Below the pieces are notes generated by a model. The model was not told the origin of the DNA. It worked only from the letters and a program-made list of their open reading frames with translations, and made no database searches. Positions 55,354-64,000 of a DNA stretch of 64,000 bases are shown piece after piece; the stretch's first letter is position 1; each line of letters begins with the position of its first letter. Origin of the DNA: Blastocystis sp. Blastoise (Eukaryota > Protista > Bigyra: Opalinata); contig JBBPEB010000034.1 of assembly GCA_039096225.1 (NCBI GenBank), positions 930,001-994,000 of the forward strand, given 5' to 3'. The position numbers and the translations under genes are program-made.

Positions 55354-56391
55354 TTAATGAAAAGAAGGATAACCAGAATAATGCTTTTTATTTAAATAAG
55401 GATTAAAAATGCGTCGTTGACTATCTTGTATGATTTGATCTTGTATGATTTGTAAGATGGATTCTTTAGGTTTATCTTTTTCATCTCGTTCAATACCTTT
55501 CAATGAGACTTCTTCTTCAACAGGTAAAAACTTCTTCATTTTCTTTTCATATGTAGATATATGTTCATTAGGACGTTTAATACCACTACCTGATACTTCA
55601 CCTTGTTCTTCTCGTTTCTCTTTTTCACTATCTTCTTCTGTCCATTTCCTTTTCTTTACCATCTTATATACATTCTGTTTACTACCACAATCAGGATTAG
55701 TCCATATTGTTAAATCATCACTACCTTGTTTTAACATAAAGAATTGATGTGGATCATTCATTAATTCTTCATCTGTAAGAATTTCATTTAGATTTGATGG
55801 CATAATCTTTAATTTATCTGGTAAGAATCCAGGATCACGTTTTAAGATTTGACTATTAATAAAGAAATGAGATACTTGACTTAATATAGATTGATTCGTG
55901 ACATCTGTATGACTTTGAAGACATATAATAGCATTCTGTTTATAATGACGACCTTTAGATAATATAGATACAATCAATTGTTTGGTTTGTCTAGATAATG
56001 GATAGATATCATCCAATACAATGAAATTATGTTCTGGTAATTTATATGTATTGACTAATTCATCAACAGTCTTAATCTTTTTAAATTTATCATCAACAGA
56101 ATCATACCATTTATAATCAATTCCAGCATGTTCACAAATATCTTGAAAGGATGTATAACATTCATTCTTATTGGATGCATCAGGACAAATTACTGTGACT
56201 TGTTTATATTTATTTTTAAGATCCATAGAACATAAGAGATTCACAGTTAAGAAAGATTTACCTGAGAATGTTCTTGCAATAATCAATATGAATTTTGATT
56301 CATATGTTTTATGATGAGATTTTCCATATTTGAATTCTAAGACTCCACATCCTTTACGTGTTTCTTTTAATGGATTTATTTTATTCACCAT
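55354..56391 (-). CDS. A32-like (FtsK-HerA superfamily) genome-packaging ATPase
   Basis: Walker A ILIIARTFSGKS, Walker B FIVLDD, arginine-finger KGRH followed by AIICLQ (sensor Q). Confidence 0.9.
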   Translation of the reverse strand: MVNKINPLKETRKGCGVLEFKYGKSHHKTYESKFILIIARTFSGKSFLTVNLLCSMDLKNKYKQVTVICPDASNKNECYTSFQDICEHAGIDYKWYDSVDDKFKKIKTVDELVNTYKLPEHNFIVLDDIYPLSRQTKQLIVSILSKGRHYKQNAIICLQSHTDVTNQSILSQVSHFFINSQILKRDPGFLPDKLKIMPSNLNEILTDEELMNDPHQFFMLKQGSDDLTIWTNPDCGSKQNVYKMVKKRKWTEEDSEKEKREEQGEVSGSGIKRPNEHISTYEKKMKKFLPVEEEVSLKGIERDEKDKPKESILQIIQDQIIQDSQRRIFNPYLNKKHYSGYPSFH

Positions 56392-56460
56392 TTTTATATG
56401 TTTTTAATCAACAAAACAAAAAATAATTAATGATAAGTTAATGATAAATAAATGATTTTA

Positions 56461-57132
56461 TTAAGATGCAGTAAAGTATATATAAAGATTTGTATTTGAT
56501 AAATCAATTGGATTATTTAATTGATCATATACTTCCCATTGGATATCTGTATATTTACCATCAATACATGGAATAGATAAATCACTTAAAGCAAATGTAT
56601 TATCAAATCCTTGTTTGGCATATAAAGGAATAGAGATTAAATCATTATCTTTATTAATAATATCACAATACACACGTAACATATAGATCTTATACCATGA
56701 AATATTATTGGATATATATTCATCAGTAAATACGATTGTATCACCCGGTGAAAAGTATGGTGATTTAATGCCTAAGTATTTAAATAGTCCAGAACTAAGA
56801 CCACATTCAAACCAATGATTTGATTTAAAAGTTTTAGTTTCTTTATTATAGCTGAAACCATAAGGTTCTCCTTCAACATAGGATTTCATTTTTCTTCCAA
56901 TTTCATATAATTGATCTAAAAAATCTTCTAAAGTATAATTTCCAGCTGGAAATGTATATCTACCAGCATTATCATAAAACTGAATATTGAATTCAGGAAT
57001 ATTAATGATATCACTTGTATTCACTAATGTATTGATATGAGTTATATTTTTACCTACTAAATCCAAAGTATAATTGAATTGTTCATGACAGATTTGACTT
57101 GTAATTTTACTTAGATGAGATATTGATGTCAT
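56461..57132 (-). CDS. Putative minor capsid protein (penton, single jelly roll)
   Basis: FPAGNYTLEDF, LRVYCDII and IQWEVYDQLNNPIDL...IYF fit the pattern of Polinton/adintovirus-type pentons. Lies between the ATPase and the MCP. Confidence 0.7.
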   Translation of the reverse strand: MTSISHLSKITSQICHEQFNYTLDLVGKNITHINTLVNTSDIINIPEFNIQFYDNAGRYTFPAGNYTLEDFLDQLYEIGRKMKSYVEGEPYGFSYNKETKTFKSNHWFECGLSSGLFKYLGIKSPYFSPGDTIVFTDEYISNNISWYKIYMLRVYCDIINKDNDLISIPLYAKQGFDNTFALSDLSIPCIDGKYTDIQWEVYDQLNNPIDLSNTNLYIYFTAS

Positions 57133-57228
57133 TTTTATTAAATAAATTAATTATGTATTGATAAACAAAACAATATTTTTAAGATTAATATAAAGTTGAT
57201 ACAAATAAGAAAATTATATATAATTAAA

Positions 57229-58452
57229 TTAATTGGTAGCACCATCTCTAACAAATTTAACAAATATAAAATGAGCATATAAAGTATAAGTACCACTAGT
57301 AATATTTGCACCATTATATTCAGTTAATAATGAGATATTAACTTCACAACCACTACGAGTATTGACATCAACAACACTTGAAATAGGGAATATATAAATA
57401 GGTTGTTCATACCACTTTTCACCATTCAAAGGAGATTGAGGATGACTATTACATCTCCAAGTATTATAAAGCATAGCATTAGGAATAATTTGTGATGGAT
57501 TCGTTGTTTTATATGTAGTAGGGAAATCCGTCTTAGGTAAGATATTTTGACCACCAATTTGGAATTGACACATCTTCAATAATTCAGTCTTAATAGGAAT
57601 CATACTCTTCTCTTGAGTTGTAAAATATAGCATACAGTAATCAGGTACGAAAACAACACTTCTATTGGATAGGAATTGTTGTGGAGTTGGTTTACCTGCT
57701 GTTGAGAATGTTTCTGAATAAACAGGTGTAGTAAATGCAGATATCTGACAATTATTAGGAATACATTTAATTAAAGCACGTGGATCATTACCAAAATTAA
57801 TATCATAAATTTGTTGAAGATGAATATAAACACGATCAAAAGTTAATGCAGTGATTTTAGTCGTACCTGTAAATAGATTCTTTAAATAATTTGTAACGAA
57901 TTGCATCTTCAAAGATTTTACTTTAATAGCACAATCAAATGTACCAAGACCAGTAATAAGAGATAAAGGAATAATAACTTGAGCTTTAGTAGAACTTTGC
58001 ATTCCAGCAATACTACTTAATGTTGTATTATATAAGCATTCTGTCATACTATACATAGATTTATCAATTTCGTCTTTACTTAATTCTTTAATAGTAACAA
58101 ATTTTCTTGCTTTACTGGATTCAATAGAAGATTCAGAATAATTAATAAGAATATCTTGACCCGTAGGAGATACAAACGTAAGATCTGTAGTAATTTTATC
58201 AATAATACTATAGATATTAGAATGTTGTACAACAGAACTAGTTGTAGCTGCATTTGTTGTAATATTGAAATTCAGTTCTAAGAATGAATTACTGAAATCA
58301 ATAAAAGGACTATCGACTGAATTATATAAGAATTCAAATGGATAAGGTTGATTTAATAAATCTTGACTTGTAGAAACTAGAATAGGAATTTGTACAGGTT
58401 TAATAGTTTGATTTGCCTTTGAAGGTAAGAATTGTCTTGGGAATCCTTCCAT
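57229..58452 (-). CDS. Putative double-jelly-roll major capsid protein 1
   Basis: 407 aa, beta-strand-rich. IDFSNSFLELNF, NIYSIID, IPLSLITG, PDYCMLYF, FQIGGQNILP and PIYIFP; viral context. Confidence 0.75.
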   Translation of the reverse strand: MEGFPRQFLPSKANQTIKPVQIPILVSTSQDLLNQPYPFEFLYNSVDSPFIDFSNSFLELNFNITTNAATTSSVVQHSNIYSIIDKITTDLTFVSPTGQDILINYSESSIESSKARKFVTIKELSKDEIDKSMYSMTECLYNTTLSSIAGMQSSTKAQVIIPLSLITGLGTFDCAIKVKSLKMQFVTNYLKNLFTGTTKITALTFDRVYIHLQQIYDINFGNDPRALIKCIPNNCQISAFTTPVYSETFSTAGKPTPQQFLSNRSVVFVPDYCMLYFTTQEKSMIPIKTELLKMCQFQIGGQNILPKTDFPTTYKTTNPSQIIPNAMLYNTWRCNSHPQSPLNGEKWYEQPIYIFPISSVVDVNTRSGCEVNISLLTEYNGANITSGTYTLYAHFIFVKFVRDGATN

Positions 58453-58623
58453 GTTAATAATTATTGTTTATGTATTTTTTTAAATAAAAAATAAAATAAT
58501 AATGATATTTTATAATTATAAAATTATTTGAAATTCATAACAAAACAAATGATTGGAATATAGAATAGAATAGAATTAATTAAACAAGTTAACGTTAAGA
58601 ATAGTAAGTAAGAAATATTAAAT

Positions 58624-60096
58624 TTAAATATCACGTACACTACGTACAGCAATCATATGTAATGTATAAGGATGCTTCTCATTTAGTTCAGTATTAATAT
58701 GTTTATAAATACCAGCATGAGATGCTACACTATAAGAAGCACCAGTATCAGGTGTCCATATTTTAGTAGTTTCATTATATGTACATGTATATCCATCAGG
58801 AACAGTGGATGAATTAGCATGACCATATTCAATATCATGAACATCTAGATTACAATCAAAATTCATTTCTATACCACTATCTGATTGGATATTCATTAAT
58901 GCTTTAGTTGGAATAATATAAATAGGATGTTTAATCCATTCATCATATTTAAGAATAGTTTCAGGATTTGAATTATCAGCCCATAAACAATATAGATTTT
59001 TATTAGGACAAGATAAACTAGCAGTTTCTTCATTATTGAAGACATGACCTTTAGTAGTAAGATTATGATAATACATTTGAGTAGGGAATTCAGTTTGAGG
59101 GAACATTTGAACATCACCAATCAAACAACTTTGATATTTAGGCCATACAGATGGACTAGCTACATTACTAATAGTTGTTGAACTATAACCATTTGTAAAC
59201 CAGTATAATATATATTCAGGTATAAATGGTAAAGCTCTATTGATATTGAAATGATCACTAGTTATTCTTGTATTTTGATAATCGACTTGAATACATGTAG
59301 GTATAGTTTTATATAATTCATTCGTTTGGAATTGAATATCTTTATAAGTCATTAAATTCATAGTAGCTGATTCCAATTCAAATGTCTTAAACCATTTTTC
59401 ATCAGTTAGATGTAACCATTGTGTTGATAATTTATCACCACCATTCTTGAAATAAATACTCATTTTATTATCAATTAAGGATTCAATTGTACTTGTTCTA
59501 AATAGCATATTGAAATGTTTAGTTAATATTAAAGAATCTCCATCAACACCTAAACCACTAATAAGATATAAAGGAATAGCAATATGAATAGATTCATTTG
59601 GATGTGCACGTATATAACGAATAGAATTCAATTCATAAGTATCTGCAGATAAATCTTCACCATACATAGATTTTTCTAAATCATTCTTACTGATATCTTT
59701 TAATAAAATCATTTTACGACCACGTGAAGCATGTGTACAATTTTCTTCATATTTCAAAGCACGATCAGATCCATCAGGTAATGTATAAACCATTTCAACA
59801 TCAGTGGAATCAATAATAGAATAAATATTAGCTTTTTGAACTAATTGATCCAAGAAATATTGACATAATTGATCATAAGTGAAACTAACAGAAGTACCTG
59901 TTTCATCTAAATAAACAGAAACTGGTCCTTTTTTATCTGTGACAGTTGCTTTGACAGTAAGATCCAAATAGGATTGATTGAAATTGATATAAGTATTATC
60001 CACATTAGTCCAATGATATTGAAAGATATAAGGACTTGATAGAATATCAGTATCACTTTGAATAGGAATATTATCTTTAATTCTTAAGATTCTCAT
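58624..60096 (-). CDS. Putative double-jelly-roll major capsid protein 2 (paralog with insertions)
   Basis: 490 aa. Collinear motifs with 57229-58452: INFNQSYLDL, NIYSIID, SKNDLEKSMY, IPLYLISGLG, PEYILYWFT, PQTEFPT, PIYIIP. Confidence 0.75.
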   Translation of the reverse strand: MRILRIKDNIPIQSDTDILSSPYIFQYHWTNVDNTYINFNQSYLDLTVKATVTDKKGPVSVYLDETGTSVSFTYDQLCQYFLDQLVQKANIYSIIDSTDVEMVYTLPDGSDRALKYEENCTHASRGRKMILLKDISKNDLEKSMYGEDLSADTYELNSIRYIRAHPNESIHIAIPLYLISGLGVDGDSLILTKHFNMLFRTSTIESLIDNKMSIYFKNGGDKLSTQWLHLTDEKWFKTFELESATMNLMTYKDIQFQTNELYKTIPTCIQVDYQNTRITSDHFNINRALPFIPEYILYWFTNGYSSTTISNVASPSVWPKYQSCLIGDVQMFPQTEFPTQMYYHNLTTKGHVFNNEETASLSCPNKNLYCLWADNSNPETILKYDEWIKHPIYIIPTKALMNIQSDSGIEMNFDCNLDVHDIEYGHANSSTVPDGYTCTYNETTKIWTPDTGASYSVASHAGIYKHINTELNEKHPYTLHMIAVRSVRDI

Positions 60097-60191
60097 ATTT
60101 CTTTTTATTTTAAATAAATATTAATAAATAAATAAAATTAAATAAATTTTTATAAATTAATATAAATTATAATTTAATAAAATTAGAAAAT

Positions 60192-62627
60192 ATGGAACTT
60201 GATGATGATAATTATGAAGAACAGACTTCATTAGAAGAGAAGGATACTCGTATTAAAACACATGTAGTCCCTATTGATGTTCGTTGTATTGATAATCAAT
60301 TCAATATACATTTATCGAATTCTATTGATATCACTAAAAATATCATTTCTTATATTGATCTTAATTTAATTGGTAGTGAAAGTGTGCCTCTATTTGATAC
60401 TTTCACAAAAACACAAATATTCAAATATATAAATACTCGTGTTAATGGAAATAATAACGTATATACAATCACTTTAGATCAGAAAAATTATTCAATTCCA
60501 CAATTATTAGAACAATGTCATTTTGATGTATGTGATAGACCAGTAATAAAAGATTCTCCTGATATTGATCCCACTGTCAAAATTAATGAAGCCCCAACAA
60601 TAACCATTGATAGAGATGATTGGTATTGTGAAATTACAATTTATAATAAAAGACGTGGTTTTTACTTTCCAAAAGGTACTTATACGGATATAGAGTTTTG
60701 GTGGATAGCTGTATGTTGTGTATCAGCTAAATGGGGTGATAAATTTAATCGTTTAATGATGAGATATGATGATGATACTATAACCATATATCGACCTCAA
60801 TTAACTTCTTATAATGTTCCTGTTATATCAACAGGAATCTATGAATTGAATGAATTCTTTACTGATGGTGTGAGTGATCATTCAAGTTATATTGTTCCAA
60901 CACAATGTTCTAATGGAATTATGAAATGTGTATTAGCTGATGAACATAAATTTTATTTCCAATGGTCAAGTAATAATATACTCAGTTTAGAAAAACAATT
61001 ATTCACTGGCTTATTTGAAGATTCAGAAACATTGACATATACTTCACTTCAAGAGGAAATTACATTAAATAGAATTAAAAGAACAGTCTTTGTGGAAGAT
61101 GGATATAATACAATGATTGTTCGACAATTGAGTGGTTATGATGGTGTTCATGAAACTACATTCACTGTTCCTCCTGGAAATTACACAGAAAACAAATTCT
61201 ATGAATTATTAGAAAGTTCAATCAATAATACAATTTATACGGATTATTTAAGTATATCCAAAGATACTCAGACTATGGACAATAAGGATGGATATATAAT
61301 ATATTTATCTTGTAAAGGTACTGATTCTACGTCATTCACATTTACAGCTACAGATATAGAGCACTCCTTATTTAAGTATCGTGGTGCTCTACATAATATA
61401 CGTCCTGATTTAGTTTATGATGAACAAGGATGTTTTGCTTGGTATGTATCTTATGGTAAACAATTAATACCAGACAAAATAGCTGATTTGAATACACTTG
61501 ATTTAGATGGTAATTATAAGTGTTATACTGATAGTTATCATATAGATTTCTCTCAAGCTCAAGAATTAGGTGAAATCCTAGGATATAATAAATTAGGTCA
61601 TGATGAAATTATTAATTATGGTATTCATAATATTGATAGTAGTCGTCCAAAAGGAATGTTAATAGCTCAATCGAATATAGTAGATAATAGTCAGAATTCT
61701 TTATATTCATTCAATGTGAATAATTATAAAGGCAATAATGAATTTCATGATATTATGAATATTAATGTGTCTCCTTATTTGAATACAATACAAGATATTA
61801 CAATACGATATACTGATAAAAATAAACAATATGTGAATTTCAATGATAATTGTATTTTAAGAGGATTCTTAGAATTCTCAGATACAGTCGATACGATTCA
61901 ACCAAGTGAAACCATTAAGAAATTATGTTTGAATTGTTTAACAGCAGACACACAATTCTATGCTGAATATCCTACATTGAATATCCAGAATAAGATCTTA
62001 AAAGATATTATTATTCAGAATGATACTGATACGATCCAAACAAATGCATCTAAATTATGTACTGGATATATAAATGGATCATATTATCCTACATTTAGTT
62101 TTCCTTTATCGGATAAATATGTTACTTATAGTAATATAAATTCTCCAATCACAATTGATCATAATATAGATTTAAGATTTGATGAATTATTCAAAGGAAA
62201 TATAATTTGTAATATATGTGAACCGAATGGTAGTGATATACGTTTCAAAGCTTATGATGAAGTGTATTGTGATTTTAGTACAAGTAAGAATTTAATTTAT
62301 GAATTGAAGAAAACCAATGTGTATGGATATCAATACTTAACGAATATACAAATTATATCAGTGTATGGTCAATCCACTGATTACTTATATCCTATTTCAT
62401 TAAGATGTTTTACTAATGAATATGAGAATAATATTCATGTTATTGATACTACAAATCTACCTTATTACTATTCGAATGGTATTAAATATGAAGGTATATC
62501 CAATAAGATCAATAAGAATGTCTATTATTGTAATCGTAAATTATTAAAGTTATTACCTCATGATAATATGTTCTTTATAACATGTGATTATCCTTGTGTT
62601 GTTTTATTAACTATCTCTTATATATAA
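60192..62627 (+). CDS. Large penton-related structural protein (811 aa), possible spike or vertex protein
   Basis: Repeated penton-like motif (LDQKNYSI, FPKGTYTD, ISTGIYEL, VPPGNYTE) and IQDITIRYTDKNKQYVNFN, similar to the C-terminus of the 223-aa ORF. Confidence 0.65.
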   Translation: MELDDDNYEEQTSLEEKDTRIKTHVVPIDVRCIDNQFNIHLSNSIDITKNIISYIDLNLIGSESVPLFDTFTKTQIFKYINTRVNGNNNVYTITLDQKNYSIPQLLEQCHFDVCDRPVIKDSPDIDPTVKINEAPTITIDRDDWYCEITIYNKRRGFYFPKGTYTDIEFWWIAVCCVSAKWGDKFNRLMMRYDDDTITIYRPQLTSYNVPVISTGIYELNEFFTDGVSDHSSYIVPTQCSNGIMKCVLADEHKFYFQWSSNNILSLEKQLFTGLFEDSETLTYTSLQEEITLNRIKRTVFVEDGYNTMIVRQLSGYDGVHETTFTVPPGNYTENKFYELLESSINNTIYTDYLSISKDTQTMDNKDGYIIYLSCKGTDSTSFTFTATDIEHSLFKYRGALHNIRPDLVYDEQGCFAWYVSYGKQLIPDKIADLNTLDLDGNYKCYTDSYHIDFSQAQELGEILGYNKLGHDEIINYGIHNIDSSRPKGMLIAQSNIVDNSQNSLYSFNVNNYKGNNEFHDIMNINVSPYLNTIQDITIRYTDKNKQYVNFNDNCILRGFLEFSDTVDTIQPSETIKKLCLNCLTADTQFYAEYPTLNIQNKILKDIIIQNDTDTIQTNASKLCTGYINGSYYPTFSFPLSDKYVTYSNINSPITIDHNIDLRFDELFKGNIICNICEPNGSDIRFKAYDEVYCDFSTSKNLIYELKKTNVYGYQYLTNIQIISVYGQSTDYLYPISLRCFTNEYENNIHVIDTTNLPYYYSNGIKYEGISNKINKNVYYCNRKLLKLLPHDNMFFITCDYPCVVLLTISYI

Positions 62628-62699
62628 ATATTTTAATGATATATTTAAATTTAAAAAAAAAATGTTTTGTTATATTATTCATTTAAAAATTATTAAAAA

Positions 62700-63122
62700 A
62701 TGGAGCCTAAATCTGTATCTGAATCCTTACATTCTTTATCAAGTACAAGTTCAACAAGTTCAGATAGTTCAACAACAACCACATTATCAGAAGAAGAAAT
62801 AGAAAAGAAAAATACTTTATTAGAATTTATTATAAAAGCTATAAAATGTTTATTTGAGAAATCAACTGAATTCTTTCAATTAATTGTTAAAAATATAGAT
62901 ATTCATTGTAATTGTTGTAATCCACAAACAAAGAAAGTCTATTATAAGACAATGAAAATACAACAAACTATTATTGAAGAAGAAGTCAAACATATATCAG
63001 AAGTCTTGAATGAATTAGAAGAAATTGATTCTAATCAAAATGAATCAATACAAGAATTAGCTGTTCAATTAATGAAATTAAATATAAGTGTTGATTCTAT
63101 TGTTCAATCTCTTCATTTATAA
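62700..63122 (+). CDS. Viral hypothetical 140 aa (Ser/Thr-rich N-terminus, CNCC, coiled coil)
   Basis: Intronless ORF, last gene before the right hairpin. Confidence 0.7.
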   Translation: MEPKSVSESLHSLSSTSSTSSDSSTTTTLSEEEIEKKNTLLEFIIKAIKCLFEKSTEFFQLIVKNIDIHCNCCNPQTKKVYYKTMKIQQTIIEEEVKHISEVLNELEEIDSNQNESIQELAVQLMKLNISVDSIVQSLHL

Positions 63123-63155
63123 TTCTATGAAATGTTATAAAATATTAATAATAAA

Positions 63156-63195
63156 CAAGCGTTTCACGACTGGCTACGCCAGCCTACGCTTGAAT
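63156..63195. repeat. Right terminal GC-rich hairpin
   Basis: CAAGCGT...CTGGC-TAC-GCCAG...ACGCTTG. Confidence 0.8.
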
Positions 63196-64000
63196 CTAAA
63201 TAAACATAAAAAAATAATTTGTAAAAAGACTATCTTTTCATTATATAAAAATTATTTATTTCAAATTTTGTTTTATTTTATTAATATTATCAATAATCGT
63301 TTCATAAAAAGAAAATTAAAAAAAAAAAATTAACAATATATAAAATAAAGATTACATTCTATTTCATTAGTAAATATATTTAAATACTTTAAAAACTTTT
63401 ATTATTGTACATAAAATATAGTCTATGCAATAAATAAGTTATTATAAAAAAACTCTAAAAAACTATAACATTTTGAAATACATATACTCACTTTTATTAA
63501 AACGAATTTTGTGCTAATATACATATATATTTAATTTATTATTTTAATTTATAAAGAATAATTTGAATCTCTTTTATTTAAAGTCACAATTACAAAAAAT
63601 GAGTTCTTTTGAAAGACACAAAACATTCTTTAAACAATAATAGTTTTGTATTTAGTGACAAAAAAACGTATTATACGGTTTTAGAAACAATTAAAATCAT
63701 TTTACCCATTTTAACATTCCTATCAAACAGTCAACCATGTTTAATTAAACTAATTTTTAATATTTTATGTTCTATAATAAGTCTATTTATTATTTTAATA
63801 AAAGGTAACTTGAATCTCTTGACTTAACTATTGTAATTCTAAAAAAATAATTTTTTGAACAACTTAAAATATTTATTTGTTGTAGATTTTAATATGAAAC
63901 AGTTAAAAAACACTCTATACATACTTATTACAACCATTTTAGAAAAATAGACTCATTTTAACATTTTATTCAAACACACAACCACCTTTATTTCAAACAA

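Larger units (their letters stand above)
50485..63195. mobile_element. Endogenous Polinton/adintovirus-like (Preplasmiviricota-like) capsid-module element with hairpin ends
   Basis: Ten tightly packed intronless ORFs in an intron-rich host, including a packaging ATPase and capsid-like genes. GC-rich hairpins at both edges. Confidence 0.85.

Noticed and set aside
50485-63195. Canonical Polinton/Maverick call
   Set aside because: No pPolB, RVE integrase or protease recognised, and no long TIRs or 6-bp TSD.
63170-63200. Canonical Helitron 3' end (hairpin followed by CTAA)
   Set aside because: CTAA is followed by A rather than T, there is no Rep/Hel gene, and no clear 5' TC end. Kept only as a loose analogy.

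Overview
Very AT-rich, intron-dense eukaryotic (protist) DNA. An expanded TLDc family and TGTTT(T)GTT 3' motifs suggest a Blastocystis-like stramenopile, which is an inference. Positions 1-46.5 kb hold host genes: a CYFIP-like/CCDC53-motif/SH3 fusion, three TLDc genes, a large secreted protein, a Gly-rich Cys/TM protein, several hypotheticals and tRNA-Glu. Directly after the tRNA is an intron-containing Mutator (MULE) DDE transposase with a SWIM finger. Abutting it is a ~12.7 kb intronless endogenous virus-like module (about 50485-63195). It encodes an A32/FtsK-like packaging ATPase, two paralogous putative double-jelly-roll major capsid proteins, two penton-like proteins and basic core-like proteins with GxG motifs. 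I see no polymerase, helicase, integrase or protease. The module is bounded by GC-rich hairpins rather than long TIRs. It carries a perfect 8-unit heat-shock element in front of a tiny acidic ORF, and an oriented TGTTTTGTT motif after most genes. All calls come from reading motifs by eye; no searches were run.
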